DNA from: Pseudomonas sp.
Lineage (GTDB): Bacteria > Pseudomonadota > Gammaproteobacteria > Pseudomonadales > Pseudomonadaceae
Direction of reading: 5' to 3'
NCBI RefSeq assembly: GCF_050739995.1
Contig: NZ_JBOICG010000432.1
Coordinates: 1-47,136, forward strand
Length of the DNA: 47,136 nt
Shown here: one piece after another, positions 13,410-23,747 of the stretch
Layout: each line of letters starts with the position of its first letter
Position numbering within the stretch: position 1 is the stretch's first letter
Notes under the pieces: generated by a model
Database searches by the model: none
What the model saw: only the letters and a program-made list of their open reading frames with translations
What the model was told of the DNA's origin: nothing
Made by a program: the position numbers and the translations under genes

Positions 13410-14091
13410 TTTGGCTCTCCAGGGCGCGACTCTCCAGCACATACCCCATGCCGCGAATGGTATGTAGCAGCTTCTGTTCGAATGGCCCGTCGAGCTTGGC
13501 CCGCAGGCGTTTGATCGCCACTTCCACCACGTTGGCGTCGCTGTCGAAATTGATGTCCCAGACCATTTCCGCAATCGCGGTCTTGGACAGGATTTCCCCC
13601 TGGCGCCGCGCCAATACACTGAGCAATGAAAACTCTTTGGCCGTCAGGTCCAGGCGCAGGCCGTTGCGACTGGCCTTGCGGCTGATCAGGTCGATCCACA
13701 GGTCGGCGACGGTGACCTGTACCGGCTCATGCCCGCCACTCCGGCGGGTCAACGCTTGCAGGCGCGCCACTAGTTCCAGGAACGAAAACGGCTTGCCCAA
13801 ATAATCATCGGCACCTTCGCGCAGGCCACGGATGCGGTCTTCCACGCGCTCGCGGGCGGTGAGCATGATCACCGGCGTCTGCTTGCGCGCGCGCAAGGCA
13901 CGCAATACGCCGAAGCCATCAAGGCCGGGCAACATCACGTCGAGGATGATCACGGCGTAGTCGTTCTCCAGCGCGAGGTGCAAACCCTCGACGCCTTCGC
14001 GTGCCACATCGACGGTGTAGCCTTGCTCCGTCAGGCCACGGTGCAGGTAGTCTGCGGTTTTTTCTTCATCTTCAATAATCAGAACGCGCAT
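13399..14091 (-). CDS. CusR/OmpR-family response regulator (MmnR-like)
   Basis: MRVLIIEDE, ILDVMLPGLDG, KPFSF, WDINFDSDANVVEVAIKRLRAK, HTIRGMGY. Confidence 0.93.
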   Translation of the reverse strand: MRVLIIEDEEKTADYLHRGLTEQGYTVDVAREGVEGLHLALENDYAVIILDVMLPGLDGFGVLRALRARKQTPVIMLTARERVEDRIRGLREGADDYLGKPFSFLELVARLQALTRRSGGHEPVQVTVADLWIDLISRKASRNGLRLDLTAKEFSLLSVLARRQGEILSKTAIAEMVWDINFDSDANVVEVAIKRLRAKLDGPFEQKLLHTIRGMGYVLESRALESQSGG

Positions 14092-14122
14092 GAGCCTTTT
14101 GCTCCAGGGCGGGGCCTCAGCC

Positions 14123-17100
14123 TCAATGTGTGGTCGCCAGCTCAAGCGCTGGTTTGGGCCGGTGGAAAAACTTTTCAAGGTACAAGTATATGACTGGCGT
14201 GGTGAACAGCGTCAGCGCCTGGCTCACCAGCAAGCCGCCGACCACTGCTATGCCCAGCGGCTGACGCAGTTCCGCACCCGGGCCGGAGCCCAGCATCAAC
14301 GGCACTGCACCGAGCAACGCGGCGAGGGTGGTCATGATGATCGGCCGGAACCGCGTGACGCACGCTTCATAGATCGCCTCTTGCGGTGGCAGCCCGCGCA
14401 CGCGTTGTGCTTCCAGGGCGAAATCGATCATCAGGATGCCGTTCTTCTTGACGATACCGATCAGCAACACCAGGCCGATCAACGCCATGATCGAAAAGTC
14501 CTGGCCCAACAGCCACAGCATGATCAACGCGCCCAGGCCCGCCGAAGGCAAGGTGGAGATGATCGTCAGCGGGTGTACGAAACTCTCATACAGCACACCC
14601 AGGATAATGTAGACCGCCACCAGCGCCGCGAGGATCAGCCACGGTTGGCTGGCCAGCGAGCTCTGGAAGGCCTGGGCCGCGCCCTGGAAGGTGCCGATCA
14701 GCGTGGAGGGCATGCCGATTTCATTCTTGGCCTGATTGAGCATGATCACCGCATCACCCAAGGCCACGCCGGGCGCCAGGTTGAACGACAGGTTGGCGGC
14801 CGGGAACATGCCGTCATGGCTGATGGACAACGGCCCGACGCTGGGCGCGTCGACTTTGGCCAGCGCCGACAGCGGCACCATCTCGTTGGTCAGCGGCGAG
14901 CGCAGATAGAAGTAGTTCAGGCTCTCGGCCTTGCCGCGTTGTTGGGTGTCCAGTTCCAGCACCACTTGGTACTGGTTGATCTCGGTCTGGAACTCGTTGA
15001 TCTGGCGCTGGCCGAAGGCGTCGTACAGCGCCTGGTCGACATCGGTGGCGGTCAGGCCAAAGCGGGCGGCGGCCTGGCGGTCGATACTGATGTGGGTGAT
15101 GCTGCCGCCCAGTTGCAGGTCGTTGGACAGGTCGCGGAAGGCCGGGTTGGCGCGCAGTTTTTCGGTGAGGCGCTGGGTCCAGGTGTTCAGCGTCGGGCCG
15201 TCGTTGCTTTTGAGCACATATTGGTACTGGGCGCGGCTGGGGCCGGAACTGAGGTTGATGTCTTGGCCGGCGCGCAGGTACAGCACGATACCCGGCACTT
15301 TCGCCAGTTTCGGGCGGATGCGGTCGATGAACTGGCTGGCGGACACATCGCGATCACCCCGGTCTTTCAAGGCAATCCAGAAGCGGCCGTTGGCGATGGT
15401 CTGGTTGCTGCCGGTCACACCCACCGAATGAGAAAACGCTTCCACCGCTGGGTCGGCCTTGACGATCTCGGCCAGGGCCTTGTGCTTGGCGACCATGTCC
15501 GGGTACGACACATCGGCCGCCGCCTCACTGGTACCGAGCACAAAGCCGGTGTCCTGGACCGGGAAGAAACCCTTGGGGATAAATACATAGCCGACTACGG
15601 CCAGGGCCAAGGTCACCACGAAGATCGTCGCCATGCTGCGCTGATGAGCCAGGGCGCGGCGCAGGTTGCGCGCATAGCCGGCCAGCAATCGTTCGCTGAA
15701 GCCCGGCTTGTCGTGGGCGTGGTGGGTCGGTGCGCGCATGAACAGTGCGGCCAGGGTCGGCGCCAAGGTCAGTGACACCACCACCGAAATCAGGATGGTG
15801 GAGGTGGCTGTCAGCGCAAACTCCTTGAACAGCCGCCCGACCACTCCGCCCATGAACAACAGCGGAATAAACGCCGCCACCAGCGAGAAGCTGATGGACA
15901 CGACGGTAAAGCCTATCTCGCCGGAACCCTTGATTGCGGCTTCGCGCTTGTCGAGACCTGCTTCAAGGTGACGGTGGATGTTCTCCACCACCACGATGGC
16001 ATCGTCCACCACAAAGCCCACGGCAATCACGATCGCCACCAGGGTGAGGTTGTTCAGGCTGAACCCCAGTACATACATCAACGCGAAACTGGCGATCAGC
16101 GACACGCCGAGCACGCTGGACACAATCAGCGTCGCCGACAACTGCCGCAGGAACAGCGCCATGACCGCCACCACCAAGAGGATGGCGATCAGCAGGGTCA
16201 CTTCCACTTCATGCAGTGACGCACGGATGGTCTTGGTACGGTCGGTCAAGACGCTGACCTTGACCGAAGCCGGCAGCATGCCTTCCAGGCGCGGCAGTTC
16301 GGCCTGGATACGGTCCACGGTCTCGACGATGTTAGCGCCGGGCTGGCGCGAAATCACCAGGTTGACCCCTGGCGTATCGCCCGACCAGGCTTGCACGTAG
16401 GCGTTTTCCGAGCCGTTGATGACTTTGGCGATGTCACGCAGTTGAACCGGTGCGCCGTTCTTGTAGGAAACGATCAGTTGGCCGTATTCGTCCGGGTGAA
16501 ACAGCTGGTCGTTGGTCGACAGGGTCGACACGCTGTTCTCGCCGTAGATTGCGCCCTTGGCCAGGTTCAGGCTCGACTGCTGGATGGCCAGGCGTACGTC
16601 GGCGAGGGTCAGGCCGATGGCGGCGAGTTTGTCTGGCGAGGCTTGAACGCGAATCGCCGGGCGCTGCTGGCCGGTGATGTTGATCTGGCCGACGCCATCG
16701 ATCTGGCTGATCTGGCGGGCCAGCAAGGTTTCCACATAGTCGCTCAGCTCGGTGCTGGGCATGCTGTCGGAACTGACGCTGAGGATCAGCACCGGGCTGT
16801 CCGCCGGGTTGACCTTTCTCCAGGTCGGCAGGCTTGGCATATCGCTGGGCAGTTTGCCGGATGCGGTGTTGATCGCCGCCTGTACCTCTTGCGCGGCGGT
16901 ATCGATACTTTTATTCAGGGTGAATTGCAGGGTCAGGAGGCTTGAGCCCAAGGCGCTGCTGGAAGTCATTTGTGTCATGCCGGGGATGGCGCTGAATTGC
17001 ACCTCCAAGGGCGTTGCGACCGACGACGCCATGGTGTCCGGGCTGGCGCCGGGCAGGGTGGCGGTGACTTGGATCGTCGGAAACTCCGCTTCCGGCAGTG

Positions 17101-17218
17101 GGGCAACGGCCAGGCGTGGGAAGGCAATCAGCCCCAGCAGTACCAGGGCGAACGTCAGCAGCAGGGTGGCGACCGGGTGGTCAACACACCACGCCGAAGG
17201 TGAACGGCTGCCGCTCAT
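14123..17218 (-). CDS. mexN: RND efflux inner-membrane transporter, MdtB/MexN-like
   Basis: 1031 aa; APLPEAEFPTIQV, GFVVDDAIVVVEN, GIVKKNGILMIDFA, RFRPIIMTT; MFP-RND-regulator-kinase order recalls the P. aeruginosa mexMN locus (symbol from recall, not a search). Confidence 0.85.
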   Translation of the reverse strand: MSGSRSPSAWCVDHPVATLLLTFALVLLGLIAFPRLAVAPLPEAEFPTIQVTATLPGASPDTMASSVATPLEVQFSAIPGMTQMTSSSALGSSLLTLQFTLNKSIDTAAQEVQAAINTASGKLPSDMPSLPTWRKVNPADSPVLILSVSSDSMPSTELSDYVETLLARQISQIDGVGQINITGQQRPAIRVQASPDKLAAIGLTLADVRLAIQQSSLNLAKGAIYGENSVSTLSTNDQLFHPDEYGQLIVSYKNGAPVQLRDIAKVINGSENAYVQAWSGDTPGVNLVISRQPGANIVETVDRIQAELPRLEGMLPASVKVSVLTDRTKTIRASLHEVEVTLLIAILLVVAVMALFLRQLSATLIVSSVLGVSLIASFALMYVLGFSLNNLTLVAIVIAVGFVVDDAIVVVENIHRHLEAGLDKREAAIKGSGEIGFTVVSISFSLVAAFIPLLFMGGVVGRLFKEFALTATSTILISVVVSLTLAPTLAALFMRAPTHHAHDKPGFSERLLAGYARNLRRALAHQRSMATIFVVTLALAVVGYVFIPKGFFPVQDTGFVLGTSEAAADVSYPDMVAKHKALAEIVKADPAVEAFSHSVGVTGSNQTIANGRFWIALKDRGDRDVSASQFIDRIRPKLAKVPGIVLYLRAGQDINLSSGPSRAQYQYVLKSNDGPTLNTWTQRLTEKLRANPAFRDLSNDLQLGGSITHISIDRQAAARFGLTATDVDQALYDAFGQRQINEFQTEINQYQVVLELDTQQRGKAESLNYFYLRSPLTNEMVPLSALAKVDAPSVGPLSISHDGMFPAANLSFNLAPGVALGDAVIMLNQAKNEIGMPSTLIGTFQGAAQAFQSSLASQPWLILAALVAVYIILGVLYESFVHPLTIISTLPSAGLGALIMLWLLGQDFSIMALIGLVLLIGIVKKNGILMIDFALEAQRVRGLPPQEAIYEACVTRFRPIIMTTLAALLGAVPLMLGSGPGAELRQPLGIAVVGGLLVSQALTLFTTPVIYLYLEKFFHRPKPALELATTH

Positions 17219-18381
17219 GGCTGCACCTTGACGTCAGTGGGCTGGATCACCTGCGGTGGCTCCTTGAGCACCTCCACCAGGGCCCCCGCCTTGAGTCGTG
17301 ACTGACCGTCGCTGACCAAAACATCCCCGACCTGCACGCCCTTGATGATGTTGATGTCGCTGTTCTGATAGGCCACTTGCACGGGCACCATGTCCACCTT
17401 GTCACCGGCGACCCGGTACACGAAGTGCGAATCCAGGCCGCGTTGCACCACGGTTGGCGGCACCACTAAAGCGTTCTTGTCCACGGCGGTCTGGATCTTG
17501 ATGGTCACCAGTTGCCCCGGCCACAGCTTCTGAGAGGCGTTGTTGAATTCGGCCTTGGCACGCAGGGTGCCGGTGGTGGAGCTGATCTGGTTATCGATCA
17601 GGCTCAAGTGGCCTTCGCCGAGCAGGTCGCCAGTCTGGCCGTCGGTGTCGGCGCCCATGTAGGCATCGACACTGGCCTGGGTTGGCGCGGCGATCAGGCG
17701 TTGCAGGGTCGGCAGCATTTGTTGGGGGAGGGAAAATTCAACGGCAATCGGGTCGATCTGGGTGACGGAGAACAGACCTTGAGTGTCGCTCATGCGCAGG
17801 AAGTTGCCTTCATCCACGGTGCGAATACCGACGCGGCCACTGACCGGTGAGCGAATCTGCGTGTAGGAGAGTTGTACTTGAGCCGAGTCAATCGCGGCTT
17901 GGTTGCCTTGCGCGGTGGCCTTGAGCTGGTTGACCAGGGCTTGTTGCTCGTCATAGGTCTGCTTGGATACACCGTCGTCGACACTCAGTTCCTTGTAGCG
18001 CTTGAGGTTGACCAATGCCACTTGCAGCTGGGCCTGGCTTTCCCCCAGTTGGGCCTTGGCCTGGTCCAGGCTGGCGCGGATAGAGCGGTCATCGATGGTT
18101 GCCAAGAGGTCTCCGGCCTTGACCAACTGGCCTTCCTTGACCAGCAGTTTGGTAAGGATGCCGTCGATTTGCGGGCGAATCACCACACTGTGCAGCGACA
18201 ACACCGAGCCGATGCCACTGACAAAGCGCGGTACATCCTGTTGCGCAACGCTCACCACACGCACCGGAATGGCGACCGGCGCGGCCAGTTTGGTCTTGGC
18301 TGGCCGGGTCAATGCCCAGGCTGCAACCGCCAGCACCAAAAGGACGCCCACCATCAGGGCTGTGTTTCGTTTTATTTGCAT
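17215..18381 (-). CDS. mexM: RND membrane fusion protein, MdtA/MexM-like
   Basis: N-terminal TM, lipoyl half-motifs (VKEGQLVKAGDLL; IRSPVSGRVG), LIDNQISSTTGT, LWPGQ; ATGA overlap with the RND gene. Confidence 0.82.
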   Translation of the reverse strand: MQIKRNTALMVGVLLVLAVAAWALTRPAKTKLAAPVAIPVRVVSVAQQDVPRFVSGIGSVLSLHSVVIRPQIDGILTKLLVKEGQLVKAGDLLATIDDRSIRASLDQAKAQLGESQAQLQVALVNLKRYKELSVDDGVSKQTYDEQQALVNQLKATAQGNQAAIDSAQVQLSYTQIRSPVSGRVGIRTVDEGNFLRMSDTQGLFSVTQIDPIAVEFSLPQQMLPTLQRLIAAPTQASVDAYMGADTDGQTGDLLGEGHLSLIDNQISSTTGTLRAKAEFNNASQKLWPGQLVTIKIQTAVDKNALVVPPTVVQRGLDSHFVYRVAGDKVDMVPVQVAYQNSDINIIKGVQVGDVLVSDGQSRLKAGALVEVLKEPPQVIQPTDVKVQP

Positions 18382-18462
18382 AGGTGAGGCGCCAGGGCAA
18401 AGGGTCGGAAGAATGAGAGCTCCTTTATAGCCCGCTGACCGGGTCAGCAAGGTGACCGCTGT

Positions 18463-18478
18463 CTGACAGGGCTGTCAG
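18463..18478. promoter_or_regulatory. Candidate CusR/CopR-type response-regulator box upstream of the efflux operon
   Basis: CTGACA-GGGC-TGTCAG palindrome (TGACA-N4-TGTCA) about 80 nt upstream of the MFP start. Confidence 0.6.
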
Positions 18479-18595
18479 TTAAGGTCCGACCATTCGTACG
18501 ACAGTAGTTAAAGAAAGAGGGGCCGCAGGTATACTGCGCGCCTGTGTGGCCCGCAAGTCGGCCTCCCTCCATTTTTTGCCCGCTCCGGAGCTTCC

Positions 18596-18829
18596 ATGAC
18601 TTCCCCGACCCAACCCCCAGTTGAAGCGGCCGACCTCGTCGATTCGGCCACCGCCGACGGCGCTGAAAAGGCCGAGATCCCGGCGTTCAAGTTCCCTTTC
18701 AAACCGGGTGAACTGGCCGGGGCCAAGCATGCCAGCCAGCCTTGGTACAAGGGCGGCGTCAAGAACGGCCATACCAAGACGCCAGGCATGGCACCGCCAG
18801 GGACTCGCCGTTCGATGGGTAAACGTTAA
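18596..18829 (+). CDS. Small hypothetical protein (77 aa; acidic N-terminus, basic Gly/Pro-rich C-terminus)
   Basis: GGAG RBS, GC-rich third codon positions, fills the intergenic gap. Confidence 0.65.
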   Translation: MTSPTQPPVEAADLVDSATADGAEKAEIPAFKFPFKPGELAGAKHASQPWYKGGVKNGHTKTPGMAPPGTRRSMGKR

Positions 18830-18999
18830 GAGTAAAAATTCGCGAGTAATACCGATCATTGCCTACGGCAATAGATGAAGTTTCGTATTGTAGGCCCGCG
18901 GACCTTTCTTGAAAGCTTGCACAGTATCCACGCCACCCCAGCTGTTTTGCTGGGGCGGAGGTGGGATGAGGCAGGCTTTTCTGGAAAGGATATCCCCGG

Positions 19000-19788
19000 A
19001 TGCTGAAACAGCTCTGTGCTGCATTTGCCGTGTTACCGCTGTTCGTCATGTTCAGTACTGCAACTGCCAGTGATCAACCCCGACGCGAAATCCGCTTCGC
19101 TGTCGCCGCCCATTTTCCTCCTTTTCAAAGCCGCAATCAGCAAGGCCAGTTGGTGGGGCTGAATATTGAACTGGGCAACGCCCTATGCGTGCAGCTCAAT
19201 GTGCATTGCACCTGGGTTGACCAAGTGGTCATGGAAAACTTCCCCGCTCTCGAGGCCCGACAATTCGACGCAATCATGGGTATGGCACCGACACTGGCCC
19301 GGCGCCAGTGGGTGAGCTTCACCGATGACCTCTACCCGATCACTACCCGCCTGGTGGCTCGTAAATCATCGGGCTTGACCCCTGACCGACGGTCGCTCAA
19401 GGGTAAGCGTGTCGGCGTATTGGTAAAGAGTAATCGTGAAGCCTTTGCCCTGTCGCAGTGGGCGCCGGCGGGGGTGATCATCGAGAGCTTCTGGCTCAAT
19501 GACCAACTGGTTCGCAGCCTGGTCGAGGGCGATATTGATGCGACCCTGCAAGGCTCGGCGGAAATTCGCGCAGCACTGCTCGACACGCCTTATGGCCTGG
19601 ATTTCGATTTTGTCGGCCCCGTTGTCTCAGCGGATCTGTTGGGCAACAGCGTAGCGATTGCGATGCGCAAAACCGATACGGCGTTGCTCAGTGAACTCAA
19701 TCATGCGCTTGAGCAACTGATGCAGAACGGTGAATACCAACGCATCCTTGCGCCTTACCGTCTTAACGCGCTGCATTCCTGCCCATGA
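19000..19788 (+). CDS. Polar amino-acid ABC substrate-binding protein (family 3, HisJ/ArgT-like), orphan
   Basis: Signal peptide, FPPFQS..GQLVGLNIELGNALC, SLKGKRVGV, AIAMRK..LNHALEQL..NGEYQRI. Confidence 0.85.
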   Translation: MLKQLCAAFAVLPLFVMFSTATASDQPRREIRFAVAAHFPPFQSRNQQGQLVGLNIELGNALCVQLNVHCTWVDQVVMENFPALEARQFDAIMGMAPTLARRQWVSFTDDLYPITTRLVARKSSGLTPDRRSLKGKRVGVLVKSNREAFALSQWAPAGVIIESFWLNDQLVRSLVEGDIDATLQGSAEIRAALLDTPYGLDFDFVGPVVSADLLGNSVAIAMRKTDTALLSELNHALEQLMQNGEYQRILAPYRLNALHSCP

Positions 19789-19810
19789 TGGCTAATTAAT
19801 TGCGCGGAAC

Positions 19811-19824
19811 ATGAGCTGGATCAA
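19811..19824 (+). promoter_or_regulatory. Possible ANR/FNR box upstream of the aer-like gene
   Basis: ATGAG-CTGG-ATCAA versus consensus TTGAT-N4-ATCAA (right half perfect, left half 3/5). Confidence 0.4.
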
Positions 19825-19895
19825 TCTTTACCCCATTGGTGCGCTTAGAGTCGACGCCCTGCCGACTCCTCCAATAATTACGAGCGCGCTTATCC

Positions 19896-21497
19896 ATGAA
19901 GATCAATCTGCCGGTCACCGGTCGAAATGTGGACTTTGCCCCCGACGCCAACATTCTTTCGACCACCGACCTGACCAGCGCGATTACCTACGCCAACCAA
20001 GACTTCATTGACGTCAGCGGCTATAGCCGTGATGAGCTGCTCGGTTCGCCGCACAACCTGCTGCGCCACCCGGATATGCCACCCGCGGCGTTTGCGCATA
20101 TGTGGCAGACCTTGAAGCGCGGCCGTTCATGGATGGGCATGGTCAAGAACCGCTGCAAGAACGGCGATCACTATTGGGTGAGCGCCTATGTCACCCCGGT
20201 CACTCGGGATGGGATCGCCGTGGAGTATCAGTCGGTGCGCACCAAGCCAGATGCGCGCAGTGTGGCGGTGGCGGAGCGTGCCTACACGCAGTTGCGAGCG
20301 GGTAAGCGTCAGGCCTTGCCTGCCCTCGGTATGGGCGTAAAACTGTCGGCATGGGTGGCGGGCACTGGCGCGGTGACTGGGGCTTTGTGCCTGGGCCTGG
20401 CGACCTACTCGCTGGCATGGCAGTTAATGGGGCTGGTGGGCGGGTGTGCAATCGGCATTGTCGGGGTCAGGACGATCGCTCGTCCGCTGGCGCAGTTGAG
20501 TCAGCGCGCCCGCTTGATCGCCGACAACCCTTTGAGCCAGGCGATCTACACCGGTCGCCACGACGAGTGCGGGCAGATCGAGTTTGCCCTGCAAATGCTC
20601 GAAGCCCAGGTGGGTGCGGTGGTCGGGCGGATCGGTGATGCGTCACAGCGCCTGTCGGGGCATGCCGCCAGCCTGGTCGAGCAGTTGGACAGCAGCCACG
20701 CCAGTACCCTTGGCCAGCAAGCCCAGACCGACCAGGTGGCGGCGGCGATCCACCAGATGGCCGCGAGTGTGGCCGAGGTCGCCAGCCATGCGTTGGAGGC
20801 CTTCAGGGCGGCGGACCAGGCCGGCAGCGAAACCCGCGAGGGACATCAACGTGTGGGTGAAAGCCGCGATGCGGTGCTGCGCTTGTCCCAGGAGCTGGCA
20901 CGCGCCACCGAGGTGATTCATCAGGTGGAAGGCCACAGCGGGGACATCAGCGGTGTGCTGGATGTGATTCGTACGATTGCCGAGCAGACCAACTTGTTGG
21001 CCCTTAACGCGGCGATTGAAGCTGCGCGAGCGGGTGAGCAGGGACGTGGTTTTGCCGTGGTCGCCGATGAAGTGCGTGGCCTGGCGCAACGTACCCAGCA
21101 ATCGACCAATGAAATCCAGCGCATGATCAGCACACTGCAGGGCGGCGCCCGCGATGCGGTGCAGGCCATGAGCCATAGCAGCGAGCATGTCGACGCCAGT
21201 GTCGAACACGTGCAGCGGGCAGCGGCAGCGTTGGACGGTATCAGCCAACGGGTCAACCAGATTACGGCCATGAGCCAGCAGATCGCGACGGCTGTGGAGG
21301 AACAAAGCGCCGTCAGTGAGGACATCAACCGCAATATCGTCAACATCCGCAACGCTGGTGAAGCCACGGTCAGCGCCGGGCAGCAGAGCCAACTCAGCTC
21401 AGGCGATGTGGCGGCGCTGGCGGAAGACCTGCGTCAGTTGGCGCAGGAGTTCTGGGGCCGCCGCAGTCAGGTGGCGCGCAAGGAGATGAAGGCGTAG
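19896..21497 (+). CDS. aer: PAS-domain methyl-accepting chemotaxis protein (Aer-like aerotaxis receptor)
   Basis: N-terminal PAS with [27 protein letters not shown] hairpin, MCP signature [34 protein letters not shown]. Confidence 0.88.
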   Translation: MKINLPVTGRNVDFAPDANILSTTDLTSAITYANQDFIDVSGYSRDELLGSPHNLLRHPDMPPAAFAHMWQTLKRGRSWMGMVKNRCKNGDHYWVSAYVTPVTRDGIAVEYQSVRTKPDARSVAVAERAYTQLRAGKRQALPALGMGVKLSAWVAGTGAVTGALCLGLATYSLAWQLMGLVGGCAIGIVGVRTIARPLAQLSQRARLIADNPLSQAIYTGRHDECGQIEFALQMLEAQVGAVVGRIGDASQRLSGHAASLVEQLDSSHASTLGQQAQTDQVAAAIHQMAASVAEVASHALEAFRAADQAGSETREGHQRVGESRDAVLRLSQELARATEVIHQVEGHSGDISGVLDVIRTIAEQTNLLALNAAIEAARAGEQGRGFAVVADEVRGLAQRTQQSTNEIQRMISTLQGGARDAVQAMSHSSEHVDASVEHVQRAAAALDGISQRVNQITAMSQQIATAVEEQSAVSEDINRNIVNIRNAGEATVSAGQQSQLSSGDVAALAEDLRQLAQEFWGRRSQVARKEMKA

Positions 21498-22210
21498 TTG
21501 GCCGGCACTTCGGTTGCGATTTGCGCACCGGCATCCAATACCTGTTCGGCGATATCCATCCCGGACACATGAAACACCCACTCATTGGCCACGGACGGCC
21601 GATCAACCGCCAGCTCAAGCGCCTGGGCAAAGGCATTCATGTCCGGCAAGTAGGCGGTAAATCCATCCCCCTTCAGCGCTGTGGTGCGAATGCCGAGCAA
21701 GGCACACACCGCCTCTTTGGTCTGCACGTCATCGCGGTCGGCCTGGCGCGAGCGGCGGATCAATTCGACCAACTCCGGGTCCATCAGCTCACCCCCGACG
21801 ATCAGGGCCGGCCCTTGTTCCCAGGATTGCGGCGGACAATCCTTGGCGGCCGGGTTCAACGGAATATGCGGGTTGATCTCCATCGGGTAGATACGACACA
21901 CCAGCGGCCGGCGCTCGTAGATGCGGCAACGGTTGTCTTCGTCAAGATTCCGGCAGCGCCCGGCGTTGTAGGCGGCGAAGGTGATTGCCACAAAGGCCTC
22001 GACATTGCCGCTGGGCACCACCACCGAACGGCGCTCGGCGTGTTCGCGTTGCTGCAGTGGCAAACCCAGGCCGCTGGCCAGGAAACCTTCGACGAGAACG
22101 ATGACATGACCGCCGTCCGCCGCCCATTGTCGGGCTTCGTCGAGGGTCAAGGGGACGTGATGGTCGCTGCAGCATTTGCCGCAACCTACGCAGGAAAAGT
22201 GAGTGTTCAT
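21467..22210 (-). CDS. YkgJ-family cysteine-cluster protein (CxxCxxCC)
   Basis: CVGCGKCC near the N-terminus and [22 protein letters not shown]. Confidence 0.88.
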   Translation of the reverse strand: MNTHFSCVGCGKCCSDHHVPLTLDEARQWAADGGHVIVLVEGFLASGLGLPLQQREHAERRSVVVPSGNVEAFVAITFAAYNAGRCRNLDEDNRCRIYERRPLVCRIYPMEINPHIPLNPAAKDCPPQSWEQGPALIVGGELMDPELVELIRRSRQADRDDVQTKEAVCALLGIRTTALKGDGFTAYLPDMNAFAQALELAVDRPSVANEWVFHVSGMDIAEQVLDAGAQIATEVPANYAFISLRAT

Positions 22211-22295
22211 GGCGGATCTGTCACCAGGCAAGGTCAGAGGGCACACGGGAACGGTGACGGGTTTTTACCTCTATCCAGCGTTCGGGCTCTCTTGA

Positions 22296-22312
22296 AGCAA
22301 GTTGCACGCCAG
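22296..22312 (-). promoter_or_regulatory. Sigma54 (RpoN) -24/-12 promoter for the YkgJ-family gene
   Basis: Minus strand CTGGCGT-GCAAC-TTGCT, correct GG-N10-GC spacing, about 85 nt upstream of the ATG. Confidence 0.7.
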
Positions 22313-22318
22313 TGCCTG

Positions 22319-22801
22319 TCAGTCCTCGGGTACTGCATCGCGAAGGACAAATTTCATCCCGGCGCTTTCATACAACTGCCGGGCGCGCAGGTTGCTCTCC
22401 AGCACCTTGAGATCCACACAGGGTTCGCCGCGCTGCTTGAACACTTGGAAGGCATGCAGCAACAGGGCTCGGCCCAGCCCCTGGCCTTGGGCGCAGGGAT
22501 GAATAGAGAGATTCTTGATAAAGGCGCTGGTCCAACATTGCGCCACACCAAGCACGCCCTCTCTGTTACTGACCACCAGGCACAGTGTCGGGTCGAATTC
22601 GGCATCGGTGATGAACTGCTGTTGCCATTTTTCCAGGCTGGCTACGCGGCCACCGCCCTGATCCTGGGTCAGGCACAACACCGAATGGATGGCTGGGGCC
22701 AGTTCGTCGCGATAATGGTCCAGCAGGATTCCCGCCGGCCACTGCGGCGCGGGCAAGCTGCCCGTGAGGTCACGGCGCAACAATTGGAAGAACGCACTCA
22801 T
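22319..22801 (-). CDS. GNAT-family N-acetyltransferase
   Basis: Acetyl-CoA motif IHPCAQGQGLGRALL and N..ARQLYESAGM. Confidence 0.9.
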   Translation of the reverse strand: MSAFFQLLRRDLTGSLPAPQWPAGILLDHYRDELAPAIHSVLCLTQDQGGGRVASLEKWQQQFITDAEFDPTLCLVVSNREGVLGVAQCWTSAFIKNLSIHPCAQGQGLGRALLLHAFQVFKQRGEPCVDLKVLESNLRARQLYESAGMKFVLRDAVPED

Positions 22802-22804
22802 GGC

Positions 22805-23707
22805 TCAGAGACCTTTTTGCGCCACGGTCTGGGCGGCGACCACCAGGCATTTGGTCAGCTCGGGCGAGGAAAACTTGGTCAGCACCGCGTCGGCACCGGC
22901 CAGGCGTGCTTTCTCACTGTTCATTGCGCTGTCCAGGGAGGTATGCAACAGCACATAAAGCGCCTGGAAGTCAGGGGTTTCACGCAAGGTGCGGGTGAGG
23001 GCGTAACCGTCCATTTCGGACATTTCGATGTCCGAGACCACCACGTTGATTTGCTCGACGGTGCCTTGCAGCTCCAGCAAACGGTCAATGGCTTCCTTGG
23101 CGCTGCGTGCGGTGTGGCAGGTCAAGCCGAGGTTGCGCAGGGTGTGTACCGACTGCTGCAACGCGACTTGGCTGTCATCCACCACCAGGATGCGCGCATT
23201 GCCCAGTACTTCGGCTTCTTCCATGGTCAGGTCGGTCGGTGCTGCCTCAATCGGCGCCGGTGCGATGCCGTGGATGACCTTCTCGATATCCAAAACCTGC
23301 ACCAGCCCGCCCTCGACCTGGGTGACCCCGGTGATAAACGCACGGTTGCCGCCGGAGCCATAGGGCGGAGGGCGGATATCGGTGGTCAGGCAGTGCACGA
23401 TCTTGCTCACCGCCTGCACATGCAGGCCCTGTTTGGACCGGCTGACATCGGTGACGATCAGGCAGCCGCCGTCCGGGTCCTGCAACGGCATTTCACCCAA
23501 GGCTCGGCTTAGGTCGATCACTGACAGCGAAGCGCCGCGCAGGGTGGCGATGCCTTTGACGTGGGGGTGGGACTCTGGCAGTCGGGTCAGCGGCGGGCAG
23601 GGAATGATTTCACTGACTTTCAGCAGGTTGATCGCCATCAGCTTGCCGCTGCGCAAGGTAAAGAGCAGAAGCGAGAGTGAGTCTGCGCGGGCTTTGGTGG
23701 TGGACAT
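22805..23707 (-). CDS. cheV: Chemotaxis protein CheV (CheW plus receiver domain)
   Basis: CheW domain (AINLLKVSEII, KGIATLRG..VIDL) fused to a receiver (ILVVDDS, VVSDIEMSEMDGY, LTKF). Confidence 0.92.
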   Translation of the reverse strand: MSTTKARADSLSLLLFTLRSGKLMAINLLKVSEIIPCPPLTRLPESHPHVKGIATLRGASLSVIDLSRALGEMPLQDPDGGCLIVTDVSRSKQGLHVQAVSKIVHCLTTDIRPPPYGSGGNRAFITGVTQVEGGLVQVLDIEKVIHGIAPAPIEAAPTDLTMEEAEVLGNARILVVDDSQVALQQSVHTLRNLGLTCHTARSAKEAIDRLLELQGTVEQINVVVSDIEMSEMDGYALTRTLRETPDFQALYVLLHTSLDSAMNSEKARLAGADAVLTKFSSPELTKCLVVAAQTVAQKGL

Positions 23708-23747
23708 AAAAACCTTCTGTGGATCAGGGATGACGATCTATACAGAG

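Noticed and set aside
13410..13619. N-terminal extension of the sensor kinase in the ORF track (524 aa)
   Set aside because: Overlaps the response regulator out of frame; GTG 13409 with a GGAGAG RBS gives a normal kinase
18927..18966. GC-rich hairpin (CCCCAGC-TGTTTT-GCTGGGG) upstream of the binding-protein gene
   Set aside because: No U-tract or recognisable aptamer; a single hairpin is not enough to call an element
19845..19870. Possible sigma28 promoter (TTAG...GCCGAC) before the aer-like gene
   Set aside because: Spacing is several nt shorter than the 15 nt required and both boxes are degenerate
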